A DNA stretch of 50,296 nucleotides, the filler included, from Perkinsus olseni (Eukaryota), in the NCBI GenBank assembly GCA_013115125.1. It is 2 parts of 2 records of this genome, joined end to end, with 100 filler letters (N's around TTAATTAATTAA, not from the genome) between each part and the next. Parts side by side here need not be neighbours in the genome. Positions count along the whole stretch, not along the records: positions 1 to 25,115 come from JABANN010000499.1; 1 more part is not named here. One strand, 5' to 3'. Of the stretch, positions 1 to 12,903 are shown one piece after another (position 1 is the first letter of the stretch; every line of letters starts with the position of its first letter). Below the pieces are notes generated by a model, which did no database searches, had not been told where the DNA came from, and saw nothing but the letters and a program-made list of their open reading frames with translations. The translations under genes and the position numbers were made by a program.

Positions 1-553
1 GGTGAGGGTGGATAGCGGCTGAGAGATCAACACTCTAGGCAATAACAACGAGATGCCAAACACAAAGATCGTTTTGTCGTTTTGGTGCCCGAGAGGGGTC
101 GGTGAGGTTACTTTCGGTTATTCATCGAATATGATGCTGCTCCCGTCAAACTATCTTAAACAGCGAGGAGTCGGCTGCTATAACGTCCGAATGGGGAAAA
201 TTCTTGTGGGTATTCATCATCGATATATCACTCTGGACGGAGAATACCGCAATGTTGGCACGCAAGATTGAAGGGTATCTACTAGGTGTGCCATTATCAA
301 GCTACACCACCATTGTGCATTGAATATTATAAAAAACACTCTGCGGACGCATCTGCGTCGTAGACTACGAGTGCCGACTCGGCCCAAGACGATCGCTCGG
401 ATGCTCTCTTCGACCTGCAGTTCACTGTGTGACATCGTTGTGTCGACGATACTCTCAAACTACATAAACACAACAGCATGAGAGATGATGATAGTTTAAC
501 CTTATTCTTACTGAATAAGATGATGATGAAATGATAAACAATACCAGTAAGAA

Positions 554-3500
554 TCATGCCAGATTGGCTTGCATGCCCGTGCTAGAGTCTAAATTAGCGG
601 CCACCGGAGTGGCAGCAGAGTGCTGCTGAGACCGAGTCAATGGCTCGTTACCGCCTCCCGCCACTGGCGGGGCGAGGACTGTCTGAGCTGAATGGGAGAG
701 ATCTCCGCCACCAAGGTTGGGGTTGAGATTCTCCCGTACTTGCACTCGCTCGACGCCTCCATCTAAATAGATAGTTCGGAGTTGGCTGTTGCTCGCTGGA
801 GGTTCTTGCTTTCACCAGCTGCCACTCAGTCTGATTAACTGCAGCATACACAGATGGCCTATCGAGCCCCTCCTCGGAAACACTCGAGCTGTTCAACCTC
901 CCACTGTGAACGCAACTTTTCGACTTGGGGGATACATCAGTAGTAGCACAACGGCCATTATGCATGATTCAAAACTCATAAGCACAATATGCTACGGCGA
1001 TCTCCTTCCGTACGTTCATCTTCGCATTGGAATCATCACAGACATATGTGACCTCCCAGAAGCCTTCAAAGGGAACACATCGGTACCAATCCTGAGGGGG
1101 CTCCAACGGCAAAGTAACCTACAAGAGAGTAGGTACGAGAGTACTGATCCCCCTGCGTTCAACGGCTGTACATCTGGCGAAGTCCCAATGCGCGAGTTGA
1201 TGAAGCGACTGTCTTCCGCTCGTTTCAAACGTAATACGATCTGTGCAAGGACACGACCTTCATGAGTGCCAAAGTGACATTTGAAAACTGAGTTGTCTGC
1301 CCGAAGGGGATTGAGAAGATTCAACCTGAGGAATCTCATTTGACCAGCAAGATGGCTCGAGGAAGGGAGTTACATTCCAAGACGTCGTTCTAGTAAACTG
1401 ACACAAGTCGGTCCGAATTGGGCCGGAAAGCCCAACCGAGGGCGGCAGAAGTGCTCCCGGATACTGACGTAATCTACTATACGATTATACCTGACGACGA
1501 GGGCGAAGGGAATGGATGGCCGTCCTGCTGCTGCTGCAGTGGCGGTGGGGGGCTGCTGCTGTTGACCACCTACAACATTATGAATATGTCCCTCCTAAGC
1601 TGCACGTGATGATTGCTGATTGGGAAGAGGACGAGGAGGTTGTCCACTTGGGCACATTTGACGTAGAAGTGATGACTGACTCGCCTCAGGCACATCATTA
1701 TCTACATAACGGCCACCGTCCAGTCCGGAATGAGCAGTCGCTACCACTCACCACTTCTGGGCTGAGCCGACCTTCACTCAAGGCGTCCTGGATAGATTGG
1801 GTGACCTGAGAAGCGCCCGCACACCAGCGCCTCTTCCGAAGTCCCTCGTTACCCGGAGCCAAGCCTCAGCTGTGATTGGGACGGCTGTTTTGGGCGCCCT
1901 GTGAGGCGATATGTAGTCGAACTCTAAAGTTCCCGAACTCGGCAGCGACCAATCCTGACCGTATCTGGGAAAGTGTTGAGGAAGACTCTTGTTGTTATCG
2001 GCTCCTCCTCACTTGAAGGGAATGCCATCCATGTGCTCATTTCTGAAGCACTGATAGTTGCCGTACTGACTGACGTCGGGTCGCCCTTTCGCTTTACACC
2101 ATTCAACGTCCCACCTGTTTGTGCATCTGAAAGGCATCACCATCGAGGGAACTTGTGACCAGCAAGGGTCTACAGAAGATGCTCTGCCACCATGTAATGG
2201 TCTGCCGTCTTCAGATCGAGCTTGTAGTGCCCTGTCGGGTTGGAGCCGCTAAAGATGAAGTACCTGTCCAAACGCTGATTACCAACAACAGGGGCGACAG
2301 TAACCCGTACAACTTGATGTCTGCTGGCCGCACCAGGCGTTTATTAGAAACTTTCTTCTTCCCCGGCATGGCTATTCCCAAAGGAAGAGAGGCCTGAGCT
2401 GAGGGGCTCCACAACCGCAGCTCTCACGGAAGTCGGGGGCGACCTCTTGTGTGAAGATTGTGATCTTGGCGAGGTAGTCCAGCAGCGACAGGGCATGGGC
2501 CGGGTCCAGTATCTTGTCCAGGAAGGTCTCTAAGAGGAATACCTGGCAGTTTGAGAGAGTGCGACCGTTAGCAGCTGGCGACCACGCTCCGTCACTTTCA
2601 ACTCGCTGGTGACGGTAGCGTTGAAGAGTATCGACACTTGCTCTGCTTCGAGGGCGAAGTCCTTCGACAAGGCTTCGATGATGGGCCTTCGGGATGAGTC
2701 TTGGCCACAATGGGTGTAACTGACAGGAGGATCCCTTTTCGAGTCCAATAGCATTCACGGATAATCATGTAAATTGTACACAAGATATTCATAGACACTT
2801 TGATATTCATTCAATCACTAAAAAAATTACCATATATCAGTTTCACTATGACACAATAGGGAACAGACCAGTGGAACGAGATTGCTTAGAAATGCTTCGC
2901 TCGACGGTGAAGTTGCGTACCATCTCATCAGCCTCTGGAAAAGATCGTCCGACAGTCTCTTCCGTATAGTTCTAGTCGGATCATCATTCAGCGTATCCGG
3001 ATCCACGGCAGCCTCAGGAGACTTCTGCCGGTACCTGCGGTAGAGACCTCCAAGCACACGAAGAGTCCACAGCAAACCAGTACACGGCGGTGTAGGTGAG
3101 CATCCCCGCGTTGGGGAGTTGCCAAACATTCTCCTCATCCAACTCGAAGCTCGTCAGGGATGCACCATCGTGCCGTATCTACAACAACGTATCTTATCGT
3201 CATCCTGGCCGTAGACAGAATAAGTTACCTCGTAGAAAGTGTCAGGGAAGCTGATGGAATCTTCTATGATTTGCCATCGCCTCAGACACTGTCGAGCCAC
3301 AGCTCGATTGTAGGGGTTTTCCATGTGAAGCCGATAAGACCCAGTGGGGTCCAAGAAATTGTAACTGTGGACGAATAAGTGGACTTGTAAAAAAGCTAAA
3401 ACATGACCTACTTCGCTCCGACGTCGAGGGAGTCATCACCGTTGCCACCATCCCCTGGCAAGCAGGCTCTCACTATAATTACCCTCACCCTGATGATGCT

Positions 3501-6500
3501 TACCTTTGGGTGTGTCATCCACGCCCGAGAACTCACATCGATCAACGTCGACAAAGTACATCTTACGATCGGGCGGGTAGGGGTTGAGGTACCTGACCAA
3601 AGCATCAGCCAGGCAAAAGGGAAGAGGAGAAAGCCGCTACATCAGTCTTAGAAGGGCTCGGATGCCATCGGCTCCTAAGGGATTGTTGGATACTAGTACG
3701 GTGTGGATGCTTGGGTGAATGCACAGGGAATCCGCCAAGACCTGCCTTCGACCTAAGATACCATCTTAGGCTAGCAGCAGTCTTACGAAAGCGGATTGAT
3801 AATTGAGCTGGGAGTTGCGCAAGTCCACATACTCGACGCTGGCGATGCCTGATCGAGAGAGGACTAGTGGCCGCGGAGGAGGAGGTATTGATGACGTACT
3901 GCCCAGGTAGGTGCACAGAATGTTCATGCAGGGGAAGCAATTATCGAGGGCCTTCCGACCGACGCACTCCTCCAAGGCCACGAGGCCAGCCTTACCGAGG
4001 TAACCAGACCGGGCGAAGTGAGTACCCAGAGAATGACTCAGCAACCTGAGGAGGAAGAGATTTCCCAATCGCCCCACTCGACCGAATGCCGGCAGCGGAC
4101 TGATGATTCTGGCACGTCATCATTCTCACGGGGCATTGTGGCGGAGCACAGGCTCTGGCCGGGCCGACCATCATCGTCCGACTTACACCGAGTTGTTGGC
4201 GCAACTTAGCGATGTGACTACATCAACCTCTGCCAGGGCGAATCCGATATGGTCCAGGGCCCTGAGGGTGGTGGAGCATTGGCAGCAGCAGCAGCACCAC
4301 CACCACCTCTACGAGAAGTCTCACATGTGGTTGAGGTGATTGCCGGAAATATCCAAAACCTTGAGGTGCTGCAGTCGAAGGATCATATCGCCGACACAAA
4401 TTGGGCCCTGGTTTGACCATCGACCTGACATCATTCAATACCACTCCTTTCGAACTTCCTGAGCTGCTGAACTCACCAAGGGCGGTGTAGCTGAGATCGA
4501 GCTCCTCGATAATCTCGTTGTCAAGGCCTTCTAGTAGGATGGCATACGCGTAGTCGGTGATGTTGATACCCGACAGTTTGAGAACCTGGGCGACGAGTAG
4601 TGGAAGGTACGGTACGAGATTGACGACCCCTCACCACTAGTTTGGGCACTAAATCATCCTGCAGTAAGCGGCCAAACGACCTGATGGTGTCCGTCCCCAG
4701 GGCTATGTTGTCACTAAGATCGATGAACTCGACCGAGTCCAACCATTCAGCTTCCTCCAGGCGGTCCAGGAGAAATCTGAATTTGGAAATCTAGAAGCAT
4801 TCCCGGGAAAAGTCCAACAGTAAGATTACAGGAAACCCCTATCCGTAATAGAGTTGCCATTCAAGTAAAGCCTCTTCAGTGGCTGGCTGCGTATCTGCAA
4901 AGATGCGCTCGGCGGCGTCAACTCTGCGGGTTGGATCACCTCCACTGCGCCGGTGACGATCGCCTCCAGTTCTCTGTCGGAAAGGCCTTTATGGGAGAGA
5001 ACCTGACAGGTGATGAGAATAAAGAAAAGTGTGGTATGAGAAGTTGCAAGCAAGAGACCGGGAGAGATTGAACTGAAGGTAGAAAGCCCTACAAGATCGT
5101 TGACGCCGAGGGGGGCGGCCAGCACTGGGAGGGGGGTCGGAGGAAGACCTCTAGATCGCACAGCCTCGAAGAAGGCCAGGCAGCCGGGGTATCTATCGAC
5201 CTTCTTTGTGTAGAGCAAGAGTGGGGTGTAAGATACTACTTGAATTGTTGTTTGACGATCTTTTCTAGCTCATAATTGATTCGTGGCGCCTCCTCGGAGA
5301 ACTCGCGCCAGCTAGAAACATCAAGCCCTGGGAGGAGCGTTTCCAAAACCTCCGCGGTACGACTTCGAGCCAAGGGCTTCTCCGGCTCTTCCGATGGTAT
5401 CAAAGGTCGGCCTACGAACTTCGCGTGAAAAAAGATACGTCAGTCCCTCGTCTCGAACTACCCGTCTCCCTCTGCGCTATACCCGGTAGTCTGCTGCTGT
5501 TGGTCTCAGCCGATCCATAGGTAGCCGGCCTTCGGAAATCTGAGAGGACAGATGGCAGCTCCCCTCCTGCTTGATGCCCTCACCTTCCAGTGCGTTGATG
5601 ATCTGCGTACCAAGAAGGCCTTTCGCCTTGAGTTTCCGTCGGACCCCGAGGGGCATGTTTTCGATCTCTCGGCCATCGCCACTGAGATGATCCTCGCAAA
5701 CGTGCATCATACGCGACTTGGACAGAGCCAGTGTGTCGTCGAAGCCGCCTTGTGAACTTAGCATCTTTTCTCCTGCAGAATACCATGATCGACCTCAAGA
5801 TTCCGACCCCGAGAAGCCGACTTGATAGCGTGCTTCTCGCCGTGTCTATCCTTCTATCCTGCTGTTGCAGCATGATGGGCGGCTGGGACGTGAGGGCTTC
5901 CGAAGGCCAATTCCTTCTGGACAGTTTGCTCAACACTCTGCACACAGGAAGCCGTCCCTGGCGCGCAGGAGAGCCTCCACCTACTTGTTCCGGGGCTGCA
6001 TCTTCTCGTCACTACTGGTCAGTTTCGGCAGGGTGACGGCGGCGGACTCCGGTCCTTCCGCGGGTCCGGCGTGACTGACATGACAGCATACCGAGAGGGC
6101 GGAGGGAAGGGGGTCTAACCCTTGGGGGGAACTCTCTGGTGGAGGGGGGCCACTGGTGTTGTGCAACCCGTCACCGGCGGGCGCCGTCTCACCACTGCAA
6201 CGAGGGGAAGAGTATAGCTGCCAACTGTGCCGGGAAAATCACTTACCCGTTCTCATCCGTATCCTGGAGAGAGTTCCCTTGTAGATCGCCCCTTCGCGTC
6301 ATGTACTTAGTCTGTTCACTGACTCGATACCTGACCACAGCCCCCTCCCATCTGGACTAAGCTGAGCTTGTGTGTGCCACGCCGTCGCGGCGCTTAGACT
6401 CTTTTCTGCGTTACCCAGCTAGGCCGAATGCTGCTGTCACAACGAGCGGAAAGGACAGATGCTCTGAGTCGCTCCTGGCAGGTTAGCTAGGTTGAAGAGC

Positions 6501-7370
6501 ATGTTGCTACATCTGCCAGTAGTTGTCGTAGTTGGCTTCCTGAGTGACATCTGCCATCTGATTGTCCGACGAAGAAAGGTCTGAAGAGCGGCCTTAGCTA
6601 GGGTAGTGGAGGTCACCTTACCTAGCGTGCTTCCCTTCAGGCCCGGCACCTCTCGCCGTATAAAACCGATTGAGTCACGGGCGCCCTTCGTAGAGAGCTG
6701 AAAGTTACGAATGGAGTGGTATGGATTACGATGAATTACGATGGTTTACTTGGATGAAGCTTGGTCTTCGGCGACGTATTCTGTGTTCCAGATCTATGAG
6801 ATACTGGAAGACCTTCGGGCGAAGAATTGTCAGACCCATGGTAGCCTCGTCATTGGCGACGAACTCGGCCCGAAGGTACTACGTGGAGCATGGCATGAAC
6901 CTAAGGCCCGGCGTTGCCCTCACCTTGGCTCTCAGTTCTGATATTTTCTCGAGCTCCTTTTCCCTCAGAGTGCCTTCTTCTCCCAGTGAAAGGGAGTGCA
7001 TGAAACGCACCTGCACGACTTCCCGTCAACAAACGCAAAAAGGAACTCGTCGAATCGAGAGGGGCTGTTAGCAACGCGTGATGGCAACTTATGGAAGGTG
7101 CTTTCGGATCAATCTTTAAGGGGCTGCCACGAGCAGCCTAACATCTGTTCTCGCCGATAATTGACATACCTCAATTGACCTTACCAGCCAACCTGTGTTC
7201 CTGAATTTATAGTGGAGTCTGAAGGGATCCTCTTGAGAGGTGGCATCATCGCTGTTGGCTTCCTCTGCCCTCTGCTGCTGCTGGGCAGCATCGTCGCCGT
7301 CGAATTGTGAGCCTTCACTCGAGGTCGAGTGCCTCTTCTCCGTTGAGTGCTCTGTCACGTTACAGGCCAT
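554..7370 (-). CDS. Large multi-exon leucine-rich-repeat (RI-like/NLRC3-like) protein; could be more than one gene
   Basis: Chain of minus-strand exons from MACNVTEH (7370) to ...MQANLA* (554). LRR segments PLKRLYLNGNSITDRG, VEFIDLSDNIALG and IEELDLSYTALG; C-terminal DPTGSYRLHMENPYNRAVA motif; short GT-AG introns. Confidence 0.6.
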
Positions 7371-7563
7371 TGCCGCTATCGCTGTCGGTTTGAATAAATT
7401 TTTCCCAATAGAACCTGAGAACGGGGGAAGTCTTATGTAGTCTTCTCATGACGGAGTCGTCGCTACGTCGTTTGTCTAACGTGGACGCTCTCGTGTCGTC
7501 TCCCCTGTAAATGGCTTCGTGTATTTTCATTATTCTGTCATCAACCTGAGGATGTCCATGAAC

Positions 7564-8420
7564 TCAGGGCACACTAGGTCCAACTGACCAGTCGTGCGGC
7601 CTCTTCGTCAGGATCAACATGTGCCTGCTTGTGAAGAGTATCTTTCTTTTGTAGCTTCTTCCCCATTCAGTTAACAGTACTTCACCAAAAAGACACCTTC
7701 TCCTATAATAGAACACTGAAAGCGCCGATTGGCGATGGAAACTTGAGATGACGCTAGCCAGATGGTGAACGCGAGCCGCAGCGAGTTCACAGTTGCAATG
7801 GGTCAACAAACACAGTGTGGTGATACTGAGTAACAAACTCGGGGTAAATAATAATGAGTAGCTCATCAGTAGCAGCCGTTGCATGCTCGCAAGCATGCTG
7901 TGAGTAATACAGGTGCCAGAGACGGGTGACTCAACATCAAGCCGTGCCACTGAAAGCCTCGAGAATATGCATCGATCGATATTTGAGAGGCTGTGAACCG
8001 TCAGGAGGCCCAAAGAAGCTGACAACGCGTATGTCATCAACACATGAATGCCAATCAATAAGGATAGTCCGAAGTTTCCTAGAGTTCTTGGTGGACTCTA
8101 TCCGAAAACCCTCCAGTGGAACACTTGCAGTGACCATGAGCGCTTCAACCGGCATCCGAGTGTTTGTCTATGCAGTACTCGTGCAGAACGATATTACAAC
8201 ACTGGAAAAGGAAGTGTCGGGCTCGGAAATGCACAGCACAATTGGATAATCTTGCGCACTTGATAGCGCTCATGAAGAGCCTAGGCCCAGTCACGAGTGT
8301 TGATGACGGGTACACGAAGTGAAGGGCGAAGAGGTCAGCAGCCTAAAAATGCATGAACTTACCACCCCATCCAACCCTGACAACATCCTACGCGTTGAGC
8401 TCCTTCCATGGTAGTGACAT
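7564..8420 (-). CDS. Hypothetical multi-exon protein
   Basis: ATG (MSLPWKELNA) followed by short GT-AG introns joining ORF pieces 7937-8155 and 7564-7820; no recognised domain. Confidence 0.4.
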
Positions 8421-8809
8421 GGATGGTGGAAACCCGAACCTTATGCCGTGTTCCGCTGCGTCCGTGATCTTAGCTGTTGAGTTCATTGTTGAGTTCAGTA
8501 AAAGGATTGGGAAAGGACGATCAACGCAACTTAGCCGAGGAGCTTTCGCATGAACCTCGTCTGCTATCCAGGCTCGTCTTTTGAGCTCAAGATGCAGTGA
8601 ATTCCTGATCGAATGCTCGTGTCTCGGTCATTCTTCGAGATCTCCACTGGCTCACACTCCTCTGTATGATTTCTCGTGCTGAATACGTTCTCCTCACTTT
8701 ATACAGGGTGCCGATTTAAGAAAGGGCAAACCCCTTCATGATGATGGTCCTTATTAAGTCGGCACTCTGTACCCTCCTTTTCTATCATTTCGAGCGTCTT
8801 GTCCGGGAG

Positions 8810-11800
8810 ATGTCGATCTAGTTAGTATCATACGTCTCTTCGCGGTAGCTGCCGTACTAATGGTACCAGCCTGGGCACGTCTAGCGGCTGCTTCCCTGCC
8901 GTTCAGGGCGGCTGGTAACGAGTACACCTCGGAACTGTTTGGCGATGGTGCGATCGCTGGAAATAGAGAGGTAGTTCTCGAGGACGTAGTGCAGCTGTGA
9001 TGATCGCGGATGCGGGAGTTCGTTGATCCATCTATAGTTTTACTTCAAAACTTCCTCTTGTTGGAGTGAAACCACGATTGTATCTCGAGAAATGGTGATT
9101 GAAGGAAAGTACAGACTCATTGAGGTCATCATGATCTGCCCTCTCCGAGCCATTTTTGGCTTTGCTAGCTCCCTGTCGCCTCGATCTGACTTGAGTGAAG
9201 CATGTCGGAGTAGCCGGCGTGACCTCCCAAGTGACCGCTGCGATGAGTCGGCAGCCTCCGTGTCCAGTTAGGTCGGCCTCACCTCGTCTATGATGGTGAT
9301 AGGAGACTGGGGTGGGATAGGTCGCCAACGGTTCTGGAGTTCTGATGAGTAACTCCACCAACCCATGCGATTCTGATTTGCTCATTTAGACGGAACACGG
9401 CAGCCGCGATGGGTGAGGTCGCCGAGGAGAGGACAGTGGTGGCCGTCCTGAGTAGTAGGTGGGCTGCTGGAGGGTCGATAGGCATGCATCCAGGCACTGG
9501 GGACAACTTCTATGAAGAGGGCATCCCGACAGACGAATTCGATCCGAGATTTCACGACACATTTGAAAACGTCTTCTCGGCTCCGAGTCTTCGTAAAATC
9601 CCCTGGTATGTGATAGCTGGCAACCACGATCACATTGGAAATGTGACAGCCCAGATTGCGTAGTGAGCTGAGGAAATCTGTCGGCGTTGTTAGCAACGGT
9701 GCTAGGTACAGCAAGATGAGCGCGCGTTGGGTCTTTCCGGCGTTGTTTCACTATAAACTGTTCAGAATGGGAGGATGTAGCGTACTCGTAGTAATGATAG
9801 ACACCATCGTTTTGGACGGTGTGGCCAAGGAAAACCCGAGTTTCAACTGCAGAGATCAGGAAGGGATATGTATGAGCGAATATGACGGAGATGATGGGGT
9901 TAGGAAATGGCCGTCACGCGCCACGAAATTCTCCGATTTGAACAGGAGCTGTCGGATACTCAGCAGTCCGCGCTGCGGTGGATCGAGTCAGCACTTTCAC
10001 AGCACAACACAACTGCTGACTTTATTCTAGTAGTGGGGCACTACCCTATCTGGTAGAGTTTGCTGCTGCTGCTGCTGCTGTAGATAGTGACTGGGGGATG
10101 TAACATCCCGGATGTTGTCAGGTCGCTTGCGGAGCACGGACCTACCTATCGGCTGTCTCGGTTGCTGATGCCGCTGTTGACGAAGTATCGTGTAACGGCT
10201 TATCTGTCTGGCCATGATCATGTTCATCAACATTTGTATGACGGGTCGTTCAAAAAACAAAGCCAAAACCAGTTCTGGAACTGTTTTACAAAACCGGTCC
10301 TCAGCACTGGTTCTGAAACTGCGTTTATAGACATGGGTTTCCCAAACCAGTTCTAGAACCCGTTTTTCAATGCGATCTTTAAATGAGTTCTCAAAATCAG
10401 TTATCAAAACAGGTTCTGGTCTAATGCTTCGAGTAAAGATTCGCACCTTTCTCACTATGAATGGAACCATTCCTGCTGGCAGAGCCTCAGTTCGTATCAT
10501 AGTAAAGAGTTGATCGAACTGCCATCGACGAGCTGCGAACCGGCGTGATAAACGTTGTCGTCGGGAACGGCGCGTCCCACAGCTCTAGACACTGGTATAT
10601 GTATTGGCCTCAAGTTCCTCGGTCAGAATACGTCGTGCAGGGATCTATCAGTCGGTGCAATTCGACATGAGTCTAGGTGCTGTGCACAAGCACATTGATG
10701 CTTTTATACTGGTGGGGATGCAATTCATTTCCTCCAGAAGACCCTTGAAGGTGATGCGCGGTTCCCTGGAGCAGCGGAACGTCCTGCAAGCCATTGGTTC
10801 CCTCGAGAGGTGTCGTCTGAAACTCGCCATTCGCCCGCTGGTCCAGCAGAACCCAGATGTGTTTTATAACAGGAGAAATTTTTCCTCCCTGAACTGCATC
10901 TTCGTGGTGAGCAATGAGTACAGGCAGTACCTTACTCTCAACCGAAGTTCGCGGGAGCCCGGCATGTTGCCTTTGTCCCGAATGAATCGTCAATTTGGCC
11001 GACGCTACGCCGTCGACGGTCTTCTTGCGGGTATACCAGCGAAACTCCTAGGAGACTCGGCTTATGCCCTATTACGAAACTTCCTTACTCCGTGGCACGG
11101 AACCCTTGCTCACGTGTAGTCGCTAAGAGCACGGCGGACGAAGAAGTTGTGACCTGGTATAATTTCTGCCAATCCTCAAGGCGTTTCGAATGTGAACAAG
11201 TTCTTGGTATCATGAAGAGCAGGTTCATCATGAAGTGTATGTAGTTCTTTGATTCCGTGTTACCTATTAGCCGAAAGTTTTGTTACGTCGGTACTGTATG
11301 ATAACCAAGCGGGATTTGAGGCCAGGCCGCTCGCCACAATTATCTCAAAACCCATCAGACCAGTTTTCAAGAATAAGTTCCGAAAACCGCTTATGTAATC
11401 AGTTTTGAGCTCTAGCGTACGCGCCCGGAACCCGTTCGGAAATAGGTTCCATATCCAATTCTAGCATCCATTTTTTGGAGGCGATTTCATCAGAACCGGT
11501 TCTGGAACCAGCAGCTGGTTCCTTTTTCAGCACGGTGCTGACAGAACCCGTCTATTAAACGACCGTGAATGTTACATCTTCGCTACGCCCTTCGGTATAT
11601 TCTTATTCAGGTATGAAGGGCGGACAGGTCTCCATCTCCTCAGCACTGGAGCCGCTGCCAGATGCTTCACAGGACAACCGAGGCTCTTCAGGTAGTGAGA
11701 TTTATGTGACATTCCCCATCGTATCAGCCCTTACTGAGGCTCAGCATCGTCCTTGTTCTTGTCTCTTGCTTCTCATATACTATGGAATTCATAATATCTT

Positions 11801-11921
11801 CTGTAGAATCACGTGTACGGTGTTCCACTCGGGTATGGACGACTTGAGAGTGCTTTCCTCGCGAAGGAATGGACGCTCGGGGATGAGGGTCGGATTACGC
11901 GGGCTCGATAGTATGAGTTGA
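8810..11921 (+). CDS. Secreted purple/tartrate-resistant acid phosphatase (ACP5-like metallophosphoesterase), multi-exon
   Basis: Signal-like N-terminus [17 protein letters not shown]. Motifs [21 protein letters not shown] and GHDH lie in successive exons; after the long intron the frame continues as [15 protein letters not shown]. 3' end approximate. Confidence 0.85.
10242..11565 (+). mobile_element. Degenerate PIF/Harbinger DNA transposon inside an acid phosphatase intron
   Basis: TGA direct repeat at 10239-41 and 11566-68; imperfect TIRs CGGGTCGTTCAA / TTAAACGACCG; subterminal AACCRGTTCT repeats. Transposase remnant [11 protein letters not shown]...LLGDSAYAL...FLTPW...[24 protein letters not shown] is interrupted by a stop. 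Confidence 0.85.
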
Positions 11922-12330
11922 AGAATCAGCTCGTAAGTTTCGTAGACTATCCAAGTGTGTGAAAGAAGTTATGCCGCGAAATGAGCGAGTCGTTTGTTGC
12001 ACGGAACGACGAGATTTTCTGCTCACCCACGATTTCTCCAATACTCTTCTTTCCAGGAGGGGTTGGAGTGCGAGGGTGGCGAGGCCGTTCTGTGGAGTGG
12101 TGGGATGGGCGCCAGCCTGTCTGGCCGGGGCTTCATCGCCAAGCACGCATTCCTCGACAATACTGACGCTCTCAAAGTCACCCACACCGGGGTGATAGTG
12201 TAGTCGCGCAATTGAGGGGGCCTTACGGTGGCCTTAGACGAATGGCCCGAGACGTAGTCTTCGGTACCTTGCAGGCTGGCATAGAGTTAGACGGTCGAGC
12301 TGTCCATACCCACGCCGCTACTCCAGGGCC

Positions 12331-12564
12331 TGGAGCTGGGCAACCGTACTGGGGTCGAGGAAAGTACGGTACGGAGTACGTTCCAAACTGTCAACTTAGT
12401 ACGGGTACGGAGAATTAGTACGTATTAAAAATATTGAATAACGCATACGTGTATTGAAGTACGGTACTTGGGAGCCCCTGGGACGAGTAGTACGGGTACG
12501 GAGCCGTACTCGTACCCGTACCGTACTTCGTACTAGACCGTACCCGTACTGTCGCCCACCTCTA
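12331..12564. mobile_element. hAT-like MITE with internal CCGTAC/GTACGG repeats
   Basis: Ends TGGAGCTGGGC...GCCCACCTCTA (imperfect TIR); CTCCAGG on both flanks; interior densely filled with (G)TACGG / CCGTAC units in both orientations. Confidence 0.65.
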
Positions 12565-12903
12565 CTCCAGGCACTCGCTATTCTGGACGGAGTTCTTCTT
12601 TCATGGATGCCCCCACGGTGGCTTCCTACTCCTAGATTTCGATGATAGAGGCAAGATGATGACGGGAGAGTTCTTCAAAGGAGATGGACGGAGTCTTCAT
12701 AAATTAACACCGATCCCCTCCCGCCATGCTTCCAAGCTACCGCTGTACACTTCCTGCTTGCGTTAGAGAATTTTGTGGCGAGTGACGATCTTCCATACCT
12801 TTTCCCACCATTCTATCGGAATGCTTCGGTAATAGCGGGAACTTGTCGTCCTCGATTGCCCTTCATTTTCTACCCTGTTTTGCACAGTTGTCTTTCTCAA
12901 TTC

